Positions 49,725 to 59,826 are shown, numbered from the stretch's first letter. The stretch: 64,000 nucleotides of DNA from Candidatus Bathyarchaeota archaeon (GCA_963828195.1 CAWHDT010000005.1:608001-672000), one strand, 5' to 3'. Notes: a model not told the origin generated them from the sequence alone. Numbers and translations: made by a program.

Positions 49725-49978
49725 CGCTTTAATTTTCTATCGACTAGCTTTTGAGCCGTTTCTAAGGCTTCTGTCTTCATTTCATGAACTGAATCTTTAA
49801 CATCAATCTGTATTTTCTTTAGTTCCTCAAGTGGGTGTCTGGGAACAGGCAGCATAGCAATGTGGTCGCCTAAGTCAATGTAGATTACGCTGTCTCCTTC
49901 ATCAATGTTGTATTTTTTCCTGATTGCTTTGGGAATTGTGGTTTGGCATTGACGGGTAACTTTAACTTCGTAAGCCAT
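49721..49978 (-). CDS. AbrB/MazE antitoxin
   Basis: VKVTRQCQTTIPKAIRKKYNIDEGD. Confidence 0.9.
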   Translation of the reverse strand: MAYEVKVTRQCQTTIPKAIRKKYNIDEGDSVIYIDLGDHIAMLPVPRHPLEELKKIQIDVKDSVHEMKTEALETAQKLVDRKLKR

Positions 49979-50109
49979 ATTTCTTCACTACTAAATTAGT
50001 AAGTAAAATACTATAAATCCTTTGCTTTTACTATATGTATTTCTGACAATAAAATAAAGGATGGCGAAGGATAACGCTTTTACGGGAAAAGAGGGTATAA
50101 TTAGCCGCT

Positions 50110-50795
50110 ATGAAACCTGCTGACAAGGCACAACCGACAAAAAGACATAAGCAAAAAAACAAGTGGTTAGTCATTTTCTATGCGGCGCTGCTTATTGCAG
50201 TGATTGTTACGGTCGCGTTTGTTTGGGATCCTGCCCATAACAAGTCAACGAATAATTCTCAGAGCAACGAGTTGAATAGCGAGTTGAACAGCATGCCAGT
50301 TGGCTTCAAAGCTTTTGCAGAAAACTACTTGGGCGTAATGGAGAACTTGAATTCAAGTCAAACCAAAGCCAAAATGGCAGCGCTTCTTGACCCAAGCTGG
50401 AATCAGACGGATCTTTTCGCTTGGGAGGGAAGTAAGCTAACCTTCGCCAATGATCCATCGGGCTCTTTTGAAGATCCATTCCAAATTTTAGACAGCGGCG
50501 ACGGCATTTGCCTGCAATGGAGAGCATAGTTTACGTGTCCGCATGCCTTGCCCTCGGCTACCCGTGCAGGCTCGTCGTAGCTGCTGACACGTCAACATGG
50601 ACTTTCATTCACGTTTGGGCTGAAGACTACTACAACGGAACCTGGGTTCCCGTTGACCCATCCGATAAAGCGTGGAACAGCCCCTCAACCTACTTAAGCT
50701 GGGATTGGGGACCATACATCGGGTCAACTGTCAGGATTTACGCTTTTGAAGACAGTTCATTCCAAGATATAACCGCCACCTACAGCGCCAGCTAA
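50110..50795 (+). pseudogene. Transglutaminase-like protein split by frameshift near 50521
   Basis: GICLQW in first frame, SIVYVSACLALGYPCRLV...HVWAE...W.PVDP in second; removing the extra AG in TGGAGAGC joins them. Confidence 0.8.
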
Positions 50796-50842
50796 ATATT
50801 TATTTAAGCTAAGAGCGGAATATTTATTTAAGGTGAATCCCG

Positions 50843-51150
50843 ACGGCTACTAAATACAACAAGACTCTTGAGCACCTCGCTAAACCTTTCGTGGAGAGCG
50901 GCGTCTATGAGTCAACGGCTGCTTTTAAGTGACCTTTTGAAGGATGTAGCGTCAAGAAAAATCAAGGCATATAACGCAAAAATCAGGAGATATGAAGTAA
51001 AATACGGCAGCTTTGAACAGTTTAGCCCAAAAAATATGCGGCAAAGCTACGCCTCTGCAAGAAGATAAGTGGCTGGAGTGGGAAGTTGCCATAAACATGC
51101 TTAAGGCATGGAAATCTGTGCATAGCGAGCTAGGTTCAAGTGCCTCCTAA
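50843..51150 (+). pseudogene. Decayed small antitoxin-like gene (two frameshifts, ACG at the expected start)
   Basis: Segments KPFVESGVYES / RRYEVKYGSFEQF / EDKWLEWE..INMLKAW in shifting frames; AGGTGA upstream. Confidence 0.5.
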
Positions 51151-51258
51151 CGACATTCTCCGCACGAGGTCAAGAAAGTGGTTGAATCAGAAAAAATAAC
51201 GGTTGAAAAAGTGCTAGAAAAATTAAAGTTAATTATGAAATGAAGAGTTTTTTGAATG

Positions 51259-52632
51259 CTAAAAGTCTTCCAAGTCGAAGGCGAGATAGCCTTTTGCTTT
51301 GAGTTTTTCTTTTTGGTGAATCTTTCTTGCAACTATTCCTATCTGGATGTTTTCAGGCAGTTTCGGGACGAATTTTACTTTACTCGTTAGGGTTCCCAAA
51401 ATTTTCTGGGCTTCAATGCATTGAAGTTCCTGCCATTTGAATTCGAATGCATATGTTGTTTTTTCGCTGGTTCCTATTAGATCAATCTCGTAGATTTCAC
51501 TGCCTTTTGCCGCCATAGGCATTTTCCCCCATTGCTTGTGTGCTCTTAATAAGTCTAGCTTTGTGATTAGAAACTCCTTTGCGGCTCTTTCAAAGGCTCT
51601 TCCGTAGTAACAACTGAGGTTTTCCTTAAACTTACAGATAAACTGGGGATTCCTAGAGGCATAGTCGGAGAAGTTCTTGTATATCTGGTTGAACCAGAAT
51701 TCAAGCAAGGGGTGCTTTATTACATATATCCCTCTTTTACCATAAAATGGCATCTCGGTATCTATTAACTCGAAGTTATCTTTCAATTCGCCCATTTGCC
51801 GTGTTATAGATGTTGCAGGAACGTTGAGGTAGCCAGCAATTGAAGATAATCTGTTGTTTCCAATAGCTATAGCTTCGAGAATTGAGTAATAGATTCCGCT
51901 TCTTCCACCAAACTCCTGAGATAGAATTGTGTTCACTTCTTCTTCAAGGGGCGCACTCTTGCTCAAGAACAGATAATCTATAATTTCTAAAGTTGTTTTT
52001 CCTTTTAAGCCAAAGTCTTCGACCGCAACATAATATTTCGGGTATCCCCCGAACAAGAAATACAACTCCAGCAGTTCAGTTTTTTGCAAGTTGAGTTCTT
52101 GCCCTATTTCAAAGCATGATGTTAGGCTAAGGGGGTTTATCTTGTAGCCGCGTTTTATTCTCCCATAAAGAGGCTCTTTTGAATGCTGAAACATTTTTTT
52201 CATCAAACCAATAAGCGACCCAGCTAGAACTATCATAGCTGGATTGCTCTCATGCAGATCCACTTGCTTTTGTAGGGAGCCCAAAATGGAGGGGTCTACA
52301 TCTACAAAGTTTTGGAATTCATCAAAAACAATTGGCGGCGTTTGTCTGGTGATGCAGATTTCAAAGAATTTGTCCCATGAGGGCAGAGTCTCCAATTCGC
52401 CTAGAACCTTTTTTGTCTTAAGTATTTCTTGGAATTCCAGAAGCAAGTCGTCTGATGTCTTGTTTCGGTTTACAAAGAAATAGATGCCGTTTTCTTTGAG
52501 GAACTCAAGTAGGAGCCGGGTTTTTCCGACTCGTCGAAGACCGTAAATGGCGACTAAGAATAGTTTGTTTTGGGATAGCTTTTGGAGATTGTTTAATTCG
52601 TCTAGTTCCGTTTTGCGGTCAATGAATCTCAA
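51259..52632 (-). CDS. Archaeal ATPase (COG1672; ATPase + wHTH + DUF234)
   Basis: FIDRKTEL, YGLRRVGKT, VFDEFQ, LAGS, PLYGR, GGYPKY, EIDL...EFKW. Confidence 0.92.
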   Translation of the reverse strand: MRFIDRKTELDELNNLQKLSQNKLFLVAIYGLRRVGKTRLLLEFLKENGIYFFVNRNKTSDDLLLEFQEILKTKKVLGELETLPSWDKFFEICITRQTPPIVFDEFQNFVDVDPSILGSLQKQVDLHESNPAMIVLAGSLIGLMKKMFQHSKEPLYGRIKRGYKINPLSLTSCFEIGQELNLQKTELLELYFLFGGYPKYYVAVEDFGLKGKTTLEIIDYLFLSKSAPLEEEVNTILSQEFGGRSGIYYSILEAIAIGNNRLSSIAGYLNVPATSITRQMGELKDNFELIDTEMPFYGKRGIYVIKHPLLEFWFNQIYKNFSDYASRNPQFICKFKENLSCYYGRAFERAAKEFLITKLDLLRAHKQWGKMPMAAKGSEIYEIDLIGTSEKTTYAFEFKWQELQCIEAQKILGTLTSKVKFVPKLPENIQIGIVARKIHQKEKLKAKGYLAFDLEDF

Positions 52633-52737
52633 TTATATTCACTAACTGAATAATTCAGTAACTGAATATATTTAAATTTTAAGGTTGTATTGCCGCCTAA
52701 GCTCTTTCCAACATCTTTGACTTCAATACCCGAAGGT

Positions 52738-54009
52738 TTAGCTTTGCTGCTGTTTGAATCTGAGCATAGCTGCGATGCCGCCAAAAGCGTTCTTGAGCAT
52801 CTGACCTTCTTCGGTCTCCGTCGAAATTACCTCGACATCCGTGTTTGACATCTCCGCTAGCTCAGCCAAGTCGTCTATGACATCTTTTTTTTCGAGAATA
52901 GTCATGGATGGTGCACTGCATTTTGGGCAAGGTTTCCCGGTTAAGCTCTGCTCGAAACCCGCGACTTCTTGGCTTTTAATGGTGTGCTGCTCTTCATAGC
53001 CGCAGGCGCTGCATTTAACGGTCACGCGAACCAGATCCAGACTCTCAGACATGATAAGTAAACGAATTGCTCCCGCCTGCAAGAGCCGCCTCACCTCGGC
53101 TTCACCGTAAGTTATCATGCCCGTGTCATGGCCAACTTCGTAGAGGAATTTCTGCATGATATCTTTCTCTTCAATGTATCGGACTTTCTTCATTATCTCA
53201 GGCGCTTTATCCATCACTTCCTTAACGCCCTGCTCCTCCACATAAGCCGTGTCAACGACATCGAGAATTTTATCTTTCAACTGATAATTCAAGTAACCGC
53301 CTTTCTCAAAATCATATTTTGTGGGTCCAGGACCGCCAAGAATGATCCCTTTTAGGGTGTCAATGGGAAGGAAAGTTTCGTTCGCATGTGCGCCAACACG
53401 GGTAAAATACTCGTTTAGCTGCATGTCCCGCAGCCGTTCATATCGTCTAGATGATTGCCCACCTGCCTTAGTTTTACCCGTAACCCCGGAGTGCATTTGC
53501 CTGACGATTTCCATGTGTTTACCTTGCAAGGTGGCGATGGTAGCGTTATTGGCATCCACCAGCAAGATTCCGTAGGTTTCTTTCTCCCGCAACATCTCTT
53601 GCAGATGCTCAGTATGAAAACGAGAGTCACAGCGATAAAGAAAAATCCTGATAGGCTCAGGCGGAACAATCACGTAGGATTCCATGCGTTCAGTGCCTGG
53701 AGCGCCTCCTTCCTGCAGAAGAGCACCTGTAAAAATCACTATGCCTTTTTCGCCTGGGTCTTTGAAGAGCTTGAGTTTCTGCTGGGCTTTAGTGATGGCG
53801 TCGAGTACGTTTTTGCGGGTTACGTTGGATTTGATGTTGCTGGCTGTTCCATATTCGTTTCGCAGAAGGTTCAAAGCGTCGCTGATTTGTTTGCCCGGCG
53901 GAACATAGACGGTGATGAGTTCGGTGTGGCTGCCCTCTTTACTGGCTAGGGCGTTAAGTGTTTTTCTTAGCCGAAATAGCTCAAGAGACGATTTTTTCTC
54001 TGTACTCAA
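52738..54009 (-). CDS. prf1: Peptide chain release factor aRF1
   Basis: TASNIKS, YRCDSRF, AGGQSSRRYERLR, FGGIAAMLRF. Confidence 0.97.
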   Translation of the reverse strand: MSTEKKSSLELFRLRKTLNALASKEGSHTELITVYVPPGKQISDALNLLRNEYGTASNIKSNVTRKNVLDAITKAQQKLKLFKDPGEKGIVIFTGALLQEGGAPGTERMESYVIVPPEPIRIFLYRCDSRFHTEHLQEMLREKETYGILLVDANNATIATLQGKHMEIVRQMHSGVTGKTKAGGQSSRRYERLRDMQLNEYFTRVGAHANETFLPIDTLKGIILGGPGPTKYDFEKGGYLNYQLKDKILDVVDTAYVEEQGVKEVMDKAPEIMKKVRYIEEKDIMQKFLYEVGHDTGMITYGEAEVRRLLQAGAIRLLIMSESLDLVRVTVKCSACGYEEQHTIKSQEVAGFEQSLTGKPCPKCSAPSMTILEKKDVIDDLAELAEMSNTDVEVISTETEEGQMLKNAFGGIAAMLRFKQQQS

Positions 54010-54091
54010 ATAACTTCACTAATTACTAAGTCAATCGGATAACTAACGTTAAAAGGAATCAAATAAAAGTTCCGACATAAAAAGCGGGAGA

Positions 54092-55102
54092 TTAGGCTTT
54101 TGGCTTAACTGGCGGTGCCGCTGGCTCAGACATCGGTGCCCCAATGGCTTCTCTGAGATAAGCCTTGAATGGACCCAGCTTCCCACCATAGTTACCAGAC
54201 GAAATCTTAACTATGCCGGGCACGCCGAGGGCTGCGGTTACGCCTTCTTTCATGCCTTTTTTGACTGCGTCCAAGGTTAAGCCGTTCATAACAATTTCGT
54301 AAACGCATTTGACGCCTTCTGGCACAACAGAGTCAGACACAAGTGTGCGCAGCGTTGGGCAGTACGGGTGGTTAGTTGAGGCTTTAAGTTTGTATTTAAG
54401 CGAGCCAGCCTTGCTTCCTGAACGGCAGACTCCTCCTGGAAACTGCATAATCACATCAGGAGCATTTGCGCGGATTGCATCTGCCGCCGCTTCAGCCGAT
54501 TTCAATCCTGATGGCTGATCTTCAGCAAAAATCATAAAGTTGCCGCCTGCAACCGCTTCCATAGCGCCAAAACCGTTTTCAACGATAAATTCGCCTTCCA
54601 TCACGGGAAGCTTCCAGCATTTTCTTCCTCCAACCATGGCTTTTTTCTGGTACCCATCGCCGAAGTATCGTAAGCTGTTGCCAACGTCCAATGTTCGTTT
54701 GCCGACTAACCCGTTGAAGGCTGCGGTTGTTGGACAAGTCAAAGTGCATTGACCAATACGCTGCATAAGTTGGTGCTTGAGTTCAAATCGGTCACGATTA
54801 TAAATTTGAATTAGCACACCTGGCCGCTTGTCAGGGGTCTGGTCTGCTGGAACAGTCCGCTCGATTGCTGCTTCCGCAGTTGCCTCAATTACGCTCGTGG
54901 CAAAACCCGTGGTTAAACTCGCGGCGATTAATGCCCACTTCTCGTTTTGAGCGGTAATTAAAACTCTTCCGACCCAAAGAGGAAACATTTCTGCAAAGGT
55001 ATCTTGAACCTTCACAACGTTTCCCATGGGCGATTTTACAAGGAACATTTTTTCTTTATCGTCATAGCTTTGGATTTCAACCGCGTTAGTGTTTGATGAC
55101 AT
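54092..55102 (-). CDS. ftr: Formylmethanofuran:tetrahydromethanopterin formyltransferase
   Basis: DTFAEMF, GFATSVI, TPD.RPG, RIGQC.LTCPT, FGDG, FPGG..RSGSK, ASTN, GNYGGKLG. Confidence 0.95.
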   Translation of the reverse strand: MSSNTNAVEIQSYDDKEKMFLVKSPMGNVVKVQDTFAEMFPLWVGRVLITAQNEKWALIAASLTTGFATSVIEATAEAAIERTVPADQTPDKRPGVLIQIYNRDRFELKHQLMQRIGQCTLTCPTTAAFNGLVGKRTLDVGNSLRYFGDGYQKKAMVGGRKCWKLPVMEGEFIVENGFGAMEAVAGGNFMIFAEDQPSGLKSAEAAADAIRANAPDVIMQFPGGVCRSGSKAGSLKYKLKASTNHPYCPTLRTLVSDSVVPEGVKCVYEIVMNGLTLDAVKKGMKEGVTAALGVPGIVKISSGNYGGKLGPFKAYLREAIGAPMSEPAAPPVKPKA

Positions 55103-55332
55103 TGAGAGACCTTGCAGTTCAGTTGGGAATTGTATAGTTTCAATACCTTTATTATTGATATTTAAACTATTAATCCCTATCAACTTTATCTGCGTCCCTC
55201 TTAGTCGGATTATTCATTAATTAACTTTACTGAATGAATCTTAACCCTTGAATTTACTCGGTAATAACCCTAACCGCTTTAACCCACTTTTTTCCATAAG
55301 CATGGTTGACGATAGCACATACCCTTAAATTA

Positions 55333-55833
55333 TTATGAAATTTTGAAACCCCAAACATAATTAATAATATATGGATTGAAAGAAACTTGTTGCTCGGCAG
55401 TAATAATTTGAGTACTGTTACTTCCATAATCTTGAGTTATGTATATAGAGTTTGTAGAATTAAGAATATAGTAAGTGTCCATTAAATCCCAACCATCAGC
55501 AACATATACACGAACAGGAAAGGTTTGATTGTTTGTTATTATCAAACTTAGAACATTTGGTATTATCTGAATTAAAGCACTTCCATTTACAGGTGTAAGA
55601 GCATAATAAGGTGTACCATTATAGCAATTACAATATAAGAGTGTTAAGTTCTGAACAGTGAAAGGTAAGGGATAAAGTGTTACTCCATAAACTTCCTTTG
55701 CAGTTTGTGGAGTAATTGGGGTGTTTGCTGTGATTCTGATTATTGAATTATGATTTAAAGTAACTGAAATACCTGCTATTGTACTTGCAACTATAAGAAT
55801 TATCAAGATTGATATAACTATTTTTTTATTCAA
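55333..55833 (-). CDS. Hypothetical secreted or membrane-anchored protein (element cargo)
   Basis: MNKK + hydrophobic helix; N/T/Y rich. Confidence 0.6.
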   Translation of the reverse strand: MNKKIVISILIILIVASTIAGISVTLNHNSIIRITANTPITPQTAKEVYGVTLYPLPFTVQNLTLLYCNCYNGTPYYALTPVNGSALIQIIPNVLSLIITNNQTFPVRVYVADGWDLMDTYYILNSTNSIYITQDYGSNSTQIITAEQQVSFNPYIINYVWGFKIS

Positions 55834-55983
55834 TTCTATCTCTAATATTCCAATTTACGCTTTTCAGATTTAAAACTTATCATCAATGAAAAATAGCAGT
55901 GCTACCGAGAACAAAAATACTCTCTAATAGCGGTTAGGATAACGCTAAATATGCAGCCTAACAAACTATGTTTTGGTGAGAAT

Positions 55984-56205
55984 ATGAACAAGATAGTATT
56001 AACAGAAAAAAGTAAGGGTTTTGTTATAGATAAACAAGAATGCCTTAATTGTAAAGCTGAATTCTTTTTTAAAATTAAAGACAATGCACTAATCGAGGCG
56101 AAGGGGTATGCAAAAAAGAAATCTGACAAAATTATTAGCTGTAAAATTTGTAATTCGGAATATAGTTTTGAAGTTAAAGGGTTTTCTGGTCGTGTTGGTC
56201 TCTAA
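55984..56205 (+). CDS. Small zinc-finger protein
   Basis: CLNC...CKIC. Confidence 0.55.
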   Translation: MNKIVLTEKSKGFVIDKQECLNCKAEFFFKIKDNALIEAKGYAKKKSDKIISCKICNSEYSFEVKGFSGRVGL

Positions 56206-57677
56206 CTCCTTGAAAATAATCCTTTTTTATTTTGGTTAAGACGATTAGTGATAACAAAATTTCTATTGATAATAGGATGAATAGTGTTAGACTGCTTACC
56301 GAAATTACTCCAAGTTTCACCAGTGTTCATGTCATGAATAACTATTCTTCCACCTGTCGCTGGTTTAATAGGAAATTGCTGTTCATCCCAGAAGTTTAGC
56401 AACAAAAGAGAATCGACTAAATCGTCGTAATGCGGATTGCCTTGTTTTTTATAAGACTTCATTTCTTGAATTAAATCGTCATATTCTGATGATATCTCTA
56501 ACCCTTGACTCTCTATTACATGGCTAAGTTGTCCTTGCATGACTTCTTTGTAATAGCGTGAATTGACAGAGAAAACTTTGCTCTTACCGTAAGCTTCCGA
56601 TATGAGGTCAGACCACATAATGGGCAGACTATCAACCTTAACAAGCTGTACTTTATAGGACTTTAGAAACTCTGCTATTTCTGCAACTGCACCGTTAATC
56701 TGTTCAAATCCCCATGTCTTACGGAAGAGAACTTTAAGCTTATACTTACCGTTTTTCTCCCCTATTGTTAAGGCTAATTTGTCTCGGTCAGTGTGTCCAG
56801 TTCCACCACCGTCTATTCCAGCCCATCTAATACCTCCTTCGCTTAGTACCTGTTCTCTAATAGCTTTGTTAATTTGCTCTGTGTCCCATAGTAACTTAAT
56901 GCTGCTCTCGGATATTTCCCCGAGTACATCCCTTTTCCACTCATCTTCCGTCATTATCGTTTTCTTATTGCTTAGTTCTTCTTGACTATGCCAATCACAG
57001 TCTATTTCGCTCCACTTGAAAAGAGTAAAATTGTATTTCTTTGGGTTTTTGAGTATCTCATTAAACTTAGAATATCGAGAACTCGGAGTGCCTAAGACTA
57101 CCAGCTTAATCTTTTTACCGCTAAGATTTCCGTAAGCTGTAGATAGTGTTTCAGAAGGCATTAATTCAGCCTCATCTAAAAAGAGAATGCTTGCACTTGC
57201 TCCCCGTATGCCTTTCTCGGAAGAGGATAATAGCTGTACCTTGCTACCGTTCTTTAAAGAGTAGCCGTCTTTAGGAATAATGTTAGCTACCCCTTCCCAA
57301 CTTACATACTGTCTAAGCTCTGGGTTACTGCTAAAGATGTCTGTTATGTGTTGATAAACGTAGTTCTCTTTAGCAGAGACTAAGCACACTTGAATCTTGT
57401 TTTTGAGTGTTAAGTAAATGGCTGCTACTGCACAGCAAAGGCTCTTTCCAGTCTGTCTTCCAGCACTGATAAGAACATTCGTTAGCTCTGGGTTTTCTAA
57501 TCCCTGTAAGACCTCTACTTGTTTAGCGGTAGGAATTAGCTCTGTAATCTTAGTAAAAAATTCTGTTATGCTGAGACTGAGAAGGCTATTAACTTCTTTA
57601 GTTATTGCTAAGTTACCTTCTTTAGCCTTCAATCGGTCTCGATATTTTTTCTGCTTCTCAGCGTTAGTCATAGGCAT
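56202..57677 (-). CDS. Phage-type terminase large subunit
   Basis: PTAKQ, SAGRQTGKS Walker A, IRG...LFLDEAE Walker B, LGTP, WAGIDGG...D and DDLVDSL RNase H-like acidic residues. Confidence 0.9.
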   Translation of the reverse strand: MPMTNAEKQKKYRDRLKAKEGNLAITKEVNSLLSLSITEFFTKITELIPTAKQVEVLQGLENPELTNVLISAGRQTGKSLCCAVAAIYLTLKNKIQVCLVSAKENYVYQHITDIFSSNPELRQYVSWEGVANIIPKDGYSLKNGSKVQLLSSSEKGIRGASASILFLDEAELMPSETLSTAYGNLSGKKIKLVVLGTPSSRYSKFNEILKNPKKYNFTLFKWSEIDCDWHSQEELSNKKTIMTEDEWKRDVLGEISESSIKLLWDTEQINKAIREQVLSEGGIRWAGIDGGGTGHTDRDKLALTIGEKNGKYKLKVLFRKTWGFEQINGAVAEIAEFLKSYKVQLVKVDSLPIMWSDLISEAYGKSKVFSVNSRYYKEVMQGQLSHVIESQGLEISSEYDDLIQEMKSYKKQGNPHYDDLVDSLLLLNFWDEQQFPIKPATGGRIVIHDMNTGETWSNFGKQSNTIHPIINRNFVITNRLNQNKKGLFSRS

Positions 57678-57693
57678 TAAAGAATAACCTTCT

Positions 57694-57837
57694 TTATTTC
57701 TTGGATTCTGGGTTTGGTTGTGGTTGATTTAAAAGATTCCCATCTGCATAGAGTTTCTTGTAGAACTCAAGGTTCTTTTTACTTAATCCAATTTGGGTTA
57801 GAATCTCTTCCTTGACTTCTTCGCTGCTTTTGGTCAT
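57694..57837 (-). CDS. 47-aa hypothetical protein (not in ORF track)
   Basis: MTKSSEEVKEEILTQIGLSKKNLEFYKKLYADGNLLNQPQPNPESKK; ATGA overlap with upstream gene. Confidence 0.5.
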   Translation of the reverse strand: MTKSSEEVKEEILTQIGLSKKNLEFYKKLYADGNLLNQPQPNPESKK

Positions 57838-58508
57838 TTAAAAATTCCCTTTCTCTTAGTCTTAGCTTCCTTAGATGCATCCGCCCGTAACTGTTCTTCT
57901 GCATCATGTTTCGCTTTCTGTTCTGCCTCGTATATGCCTTTAGGAATCCATTGCCCTGTGTCTTCTCGTCTAACAAAACCAAAACCAGTCATTCCAAAAT
58001 CGTCTGGATATTTCTTCTTAGCTTCTGGTTGCTTTGGTTCTTGTAATGTAGCTGCATTTTTCACTGTTAGAAACTTAGCTATAATTGGGTCGTTAATTGG
58101 TGCAATCTTAAGCATGTAAACGTAATCGACTGTCTCGCCTTGAGTATCTGAGTTCATAGTTCCGACTTTTACTTTAGCTGTTGAGTAATCCTCTGACCAT
58201 TCTATATCCGAGCTTTTGTATATGCTGCCTTCGTAGAAATCAAAACGACCGTTCCCATTGTATCTTAGACTATACCGACCGTTTCCATCACTAAGACTAA
58301 TTGCAACCCCGACTGGTAATGTTGCTACTAAAAGCTCGCTGCGTGGCATTGATTGATACTCTGCTATCAGGTCGTTTAGTCGTTTTATAGCTGCCTTCTG
58401 TGCCTCTACCGAGGGATAGATAACACTCGGGTTTCCTACACTATTCTGTAGAGTTTCTATTTCTGTTAGAAGCTCTCGTTTCTTAATTTTTAATTCTTCT
58501 TGATTCAT
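57834..58508 (-). CDS. Hypothetical element protein
   Basis: 224-aa ORF co-oriented with the terminase gene. Confidence 0.7.
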   Translation of the reverse strand: MNQEELKIKKRELLTEIETLQNSVGNPSVIYPSVEAQKAAIKRLNDLIAEYQSMPRSELLVATLPVGVAISLSDGNGRYSLRYNGNGRFDFYEGSIYKSSDIEWSEDYSTAKVKVGTMNSDTQGETVDYVYMLKIAPINDPIIAKFLTVKNAATLQEPKQPEAKKKYPDDFGMTGFGFVRREDTGQWIPKGIYEAEQKAKHDAEEQLRADASKEAKTKRKGIFK

Positions 58509-58514
58509 TTTGAT

Positions 58515-58715
58515 TTATACCCCTTTTTTATTCTCACTATCATGAAATGAGAAATTGGAATTGTAAACACTCGCTCCCTGAGTAACTACTGGAAACTTTG
58601 CTAATCTCCTTAGTTCTCTGGGAGACTTTGTTTGGTTTGGACAATGCTTTCTTATAGAATAACCTCGCCTTTCCGTATCTTGTCTATACTGAAAACCTCT
58701 TAATTCCCTGCTCAA
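58515..58715 (-). CDS. Hypothetical small basic protein
   Basis: TTGA overlap with upstream ORF. Confidence 0.4.
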   Translation of the reverse strand: MSRELRGFQYRQDTERRGYSIRKHCPNQTKSPRELRRLAKFPVVTQGASVYNSNFSFHDSENKKGV

Positions 58716-58927
58716 TGTGACCTACACTCCCCAGAATCACAAAGTTTCTGATAATAGTATTTTATATCCAATTTACTATTAGCGATAGGAGAAGGTAGAC
58801 CGAACTTAGTTAAGAGAGCTATATCATTCTCTAACTTTGATATGGTCTTCATTCTTTCCCGTCTAACTGGACACGTAGAAGAACAACTTTTCTCTGGAAA
58901 GGCTCTTTTCTTAATTGAGTGGGTCAT
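58712..58927 (-). CDS. Small Cys-containing protein
   Basis: CSSTC...CDSGEC; ATGA overlap. Confidence 0.55.
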   Translation of the reverse strand: MTHSIKKRAFPEKSCSSTCPVRRERMKTISKLENDIALLTKFGLPSPIANSKLDIKYYYQKLCDSGECRSH

Positions 58928-59166
58928 TGTTCCCTACTCCAATCTCTCATTTCTGGATATACTTCGTTTCGTAACCAGACTAATCTATTAGAATTTCTTA
59001 TTTCGGTGTGCCATTGATAGGCTTCATTAATAGACTCTGCTTCCCCGTCAAATTCTAAATAACAGCCCATTGAACAGAAAAGGTCAGTCTCTAACTCTGG
59101 CTCGTAAAGTTTACCACATTGAACACATTTCCGTTTAATTACGGCTAATGAGCCTAAGTTTGCCAT
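58924..59166 (-). CDS. Small zinc-finger protein (CxxC...FCSxxC)
   Basis: CVQCG...FCSMGC; TAATG overlap with upstream ORF. Confidence 0.65.
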   Translation of the reverse strand: MANLGSLAVIKRKCVQCGKLYEPELETDLFCSMGCYLEFDGEAESINEAYQWHTEIRNSNRLVWLRNEVYPEMRDWSREQ

Positions 59167-59330
59167 TAACAAAACTTCCCCTGAGTGCTCCGTTTTCTTG
59201 GGATAGGATGGTCTCTTTTACATCTATTACCGCAACATACTTTTTTAGGGTCATAAGTTTGGAAGATTGTATCGCACCGAATACACTTCTTTGTTAAAAT
59301 AATCGATGAAATAGGAGCTAAGATTTCCAT
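59166..59330 (-). CDS. 54-aa zinc-finger protein (not in ORF track)
   Basis: MEILAPISSIILTKKCIRCDTIFQTYDPKKVCCGNRC...; same Cys spacing as next gene. Confidence 0.6.
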   Translation of the reverse strand: MEILAPISSIILTKKCIRCDTIFQTYDPKKVCCGNRCKRDHPIPRKRSTQGKFC

Positions 59331-59332
59331 CA

Positions 59333-59515
59333 CTAAACACTTACTGCCTTGATTGCTGCCTTCTGTACTTTTGAAAGGTTAAGAAGCTTACAATTATCAG
59401 AAAGCATATTGTTTACTAAGTTATCTGGTAAAGTAACATTCATTTGAACTGGATGCTTGTTTCCACACTCGGGGCATACAGCATCAATAACAAAACTATG
59501 GGTCTTAGTTCCCAT
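59333..59515 (-). CDS. Small CPxCG zinc-ribbon protein
   Basis: CPECGNKH; TAATG overlap with upstream ORF. Confidence 0.6.
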   Translation of the reverse strand: MGTKTHSFVIDAVCPECGNKHPVQMNVTLPDNLVNNMLSDNCKLLNLSKVQKAAIKAVSV

Positions 59516-59640
59516 TAGACCACATCCCCTAACATTATTCTGCCACAATCGGCGCAGAGAAATCTTTGTTTCTTTCCCTGTCTGGTAATCTGCTTACCAG
59601 CTTTAACGATATGGCTACTGCCACATTGACATTTTTTCAT
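59515..59640 (-). CDS. 41-aa InsA-like zinc-ribbon protein (not in ORF track)
   Basis: MKKCQCGSSHIVKAGKQITRQGKKQRFLCADCGR. Confidence 0.7.
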   Translation of the reverse strand: MKKCQCGSSHIVKAGKQITRQGKKQRFLCADCGRIMLGDVV

Positions 59641-59755
59641 TGTAGGCTACCCCTAATATATTGATTGATAGAAAGATATATTAAAGCTTCATGGTACTTA
59701 ATTATACCCTAAACTTAATAGTTCTGTGGTCGTAGAAAAATTAGCTATTCAGTTA

Positions 59756-59816
59756 TCCCTTTTTGCATTTTTCATACCCTTAAAATATCTACATCTTGCT
59801 ATGCAAAAAAGGGAAC
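59756..59816. repeat. Hairpin repeat copy 1 (also a plausible terminator for the topo-A-like gene)
   Basis: TCCCTTTTTGCAT...ATGCAAAAAAGGGA; related copies at 62915 and 63387. Confidence 0.7.
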
Positions 59817-59826
59817 ATTCTTGTAA

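Noticed and set aside
54092-55102. ftr as evidence for methanogenesis
   Set aside because: Ftr also serves the archaeal Wood-Ljungdahl pathway; no mcr or mtr genes in the window
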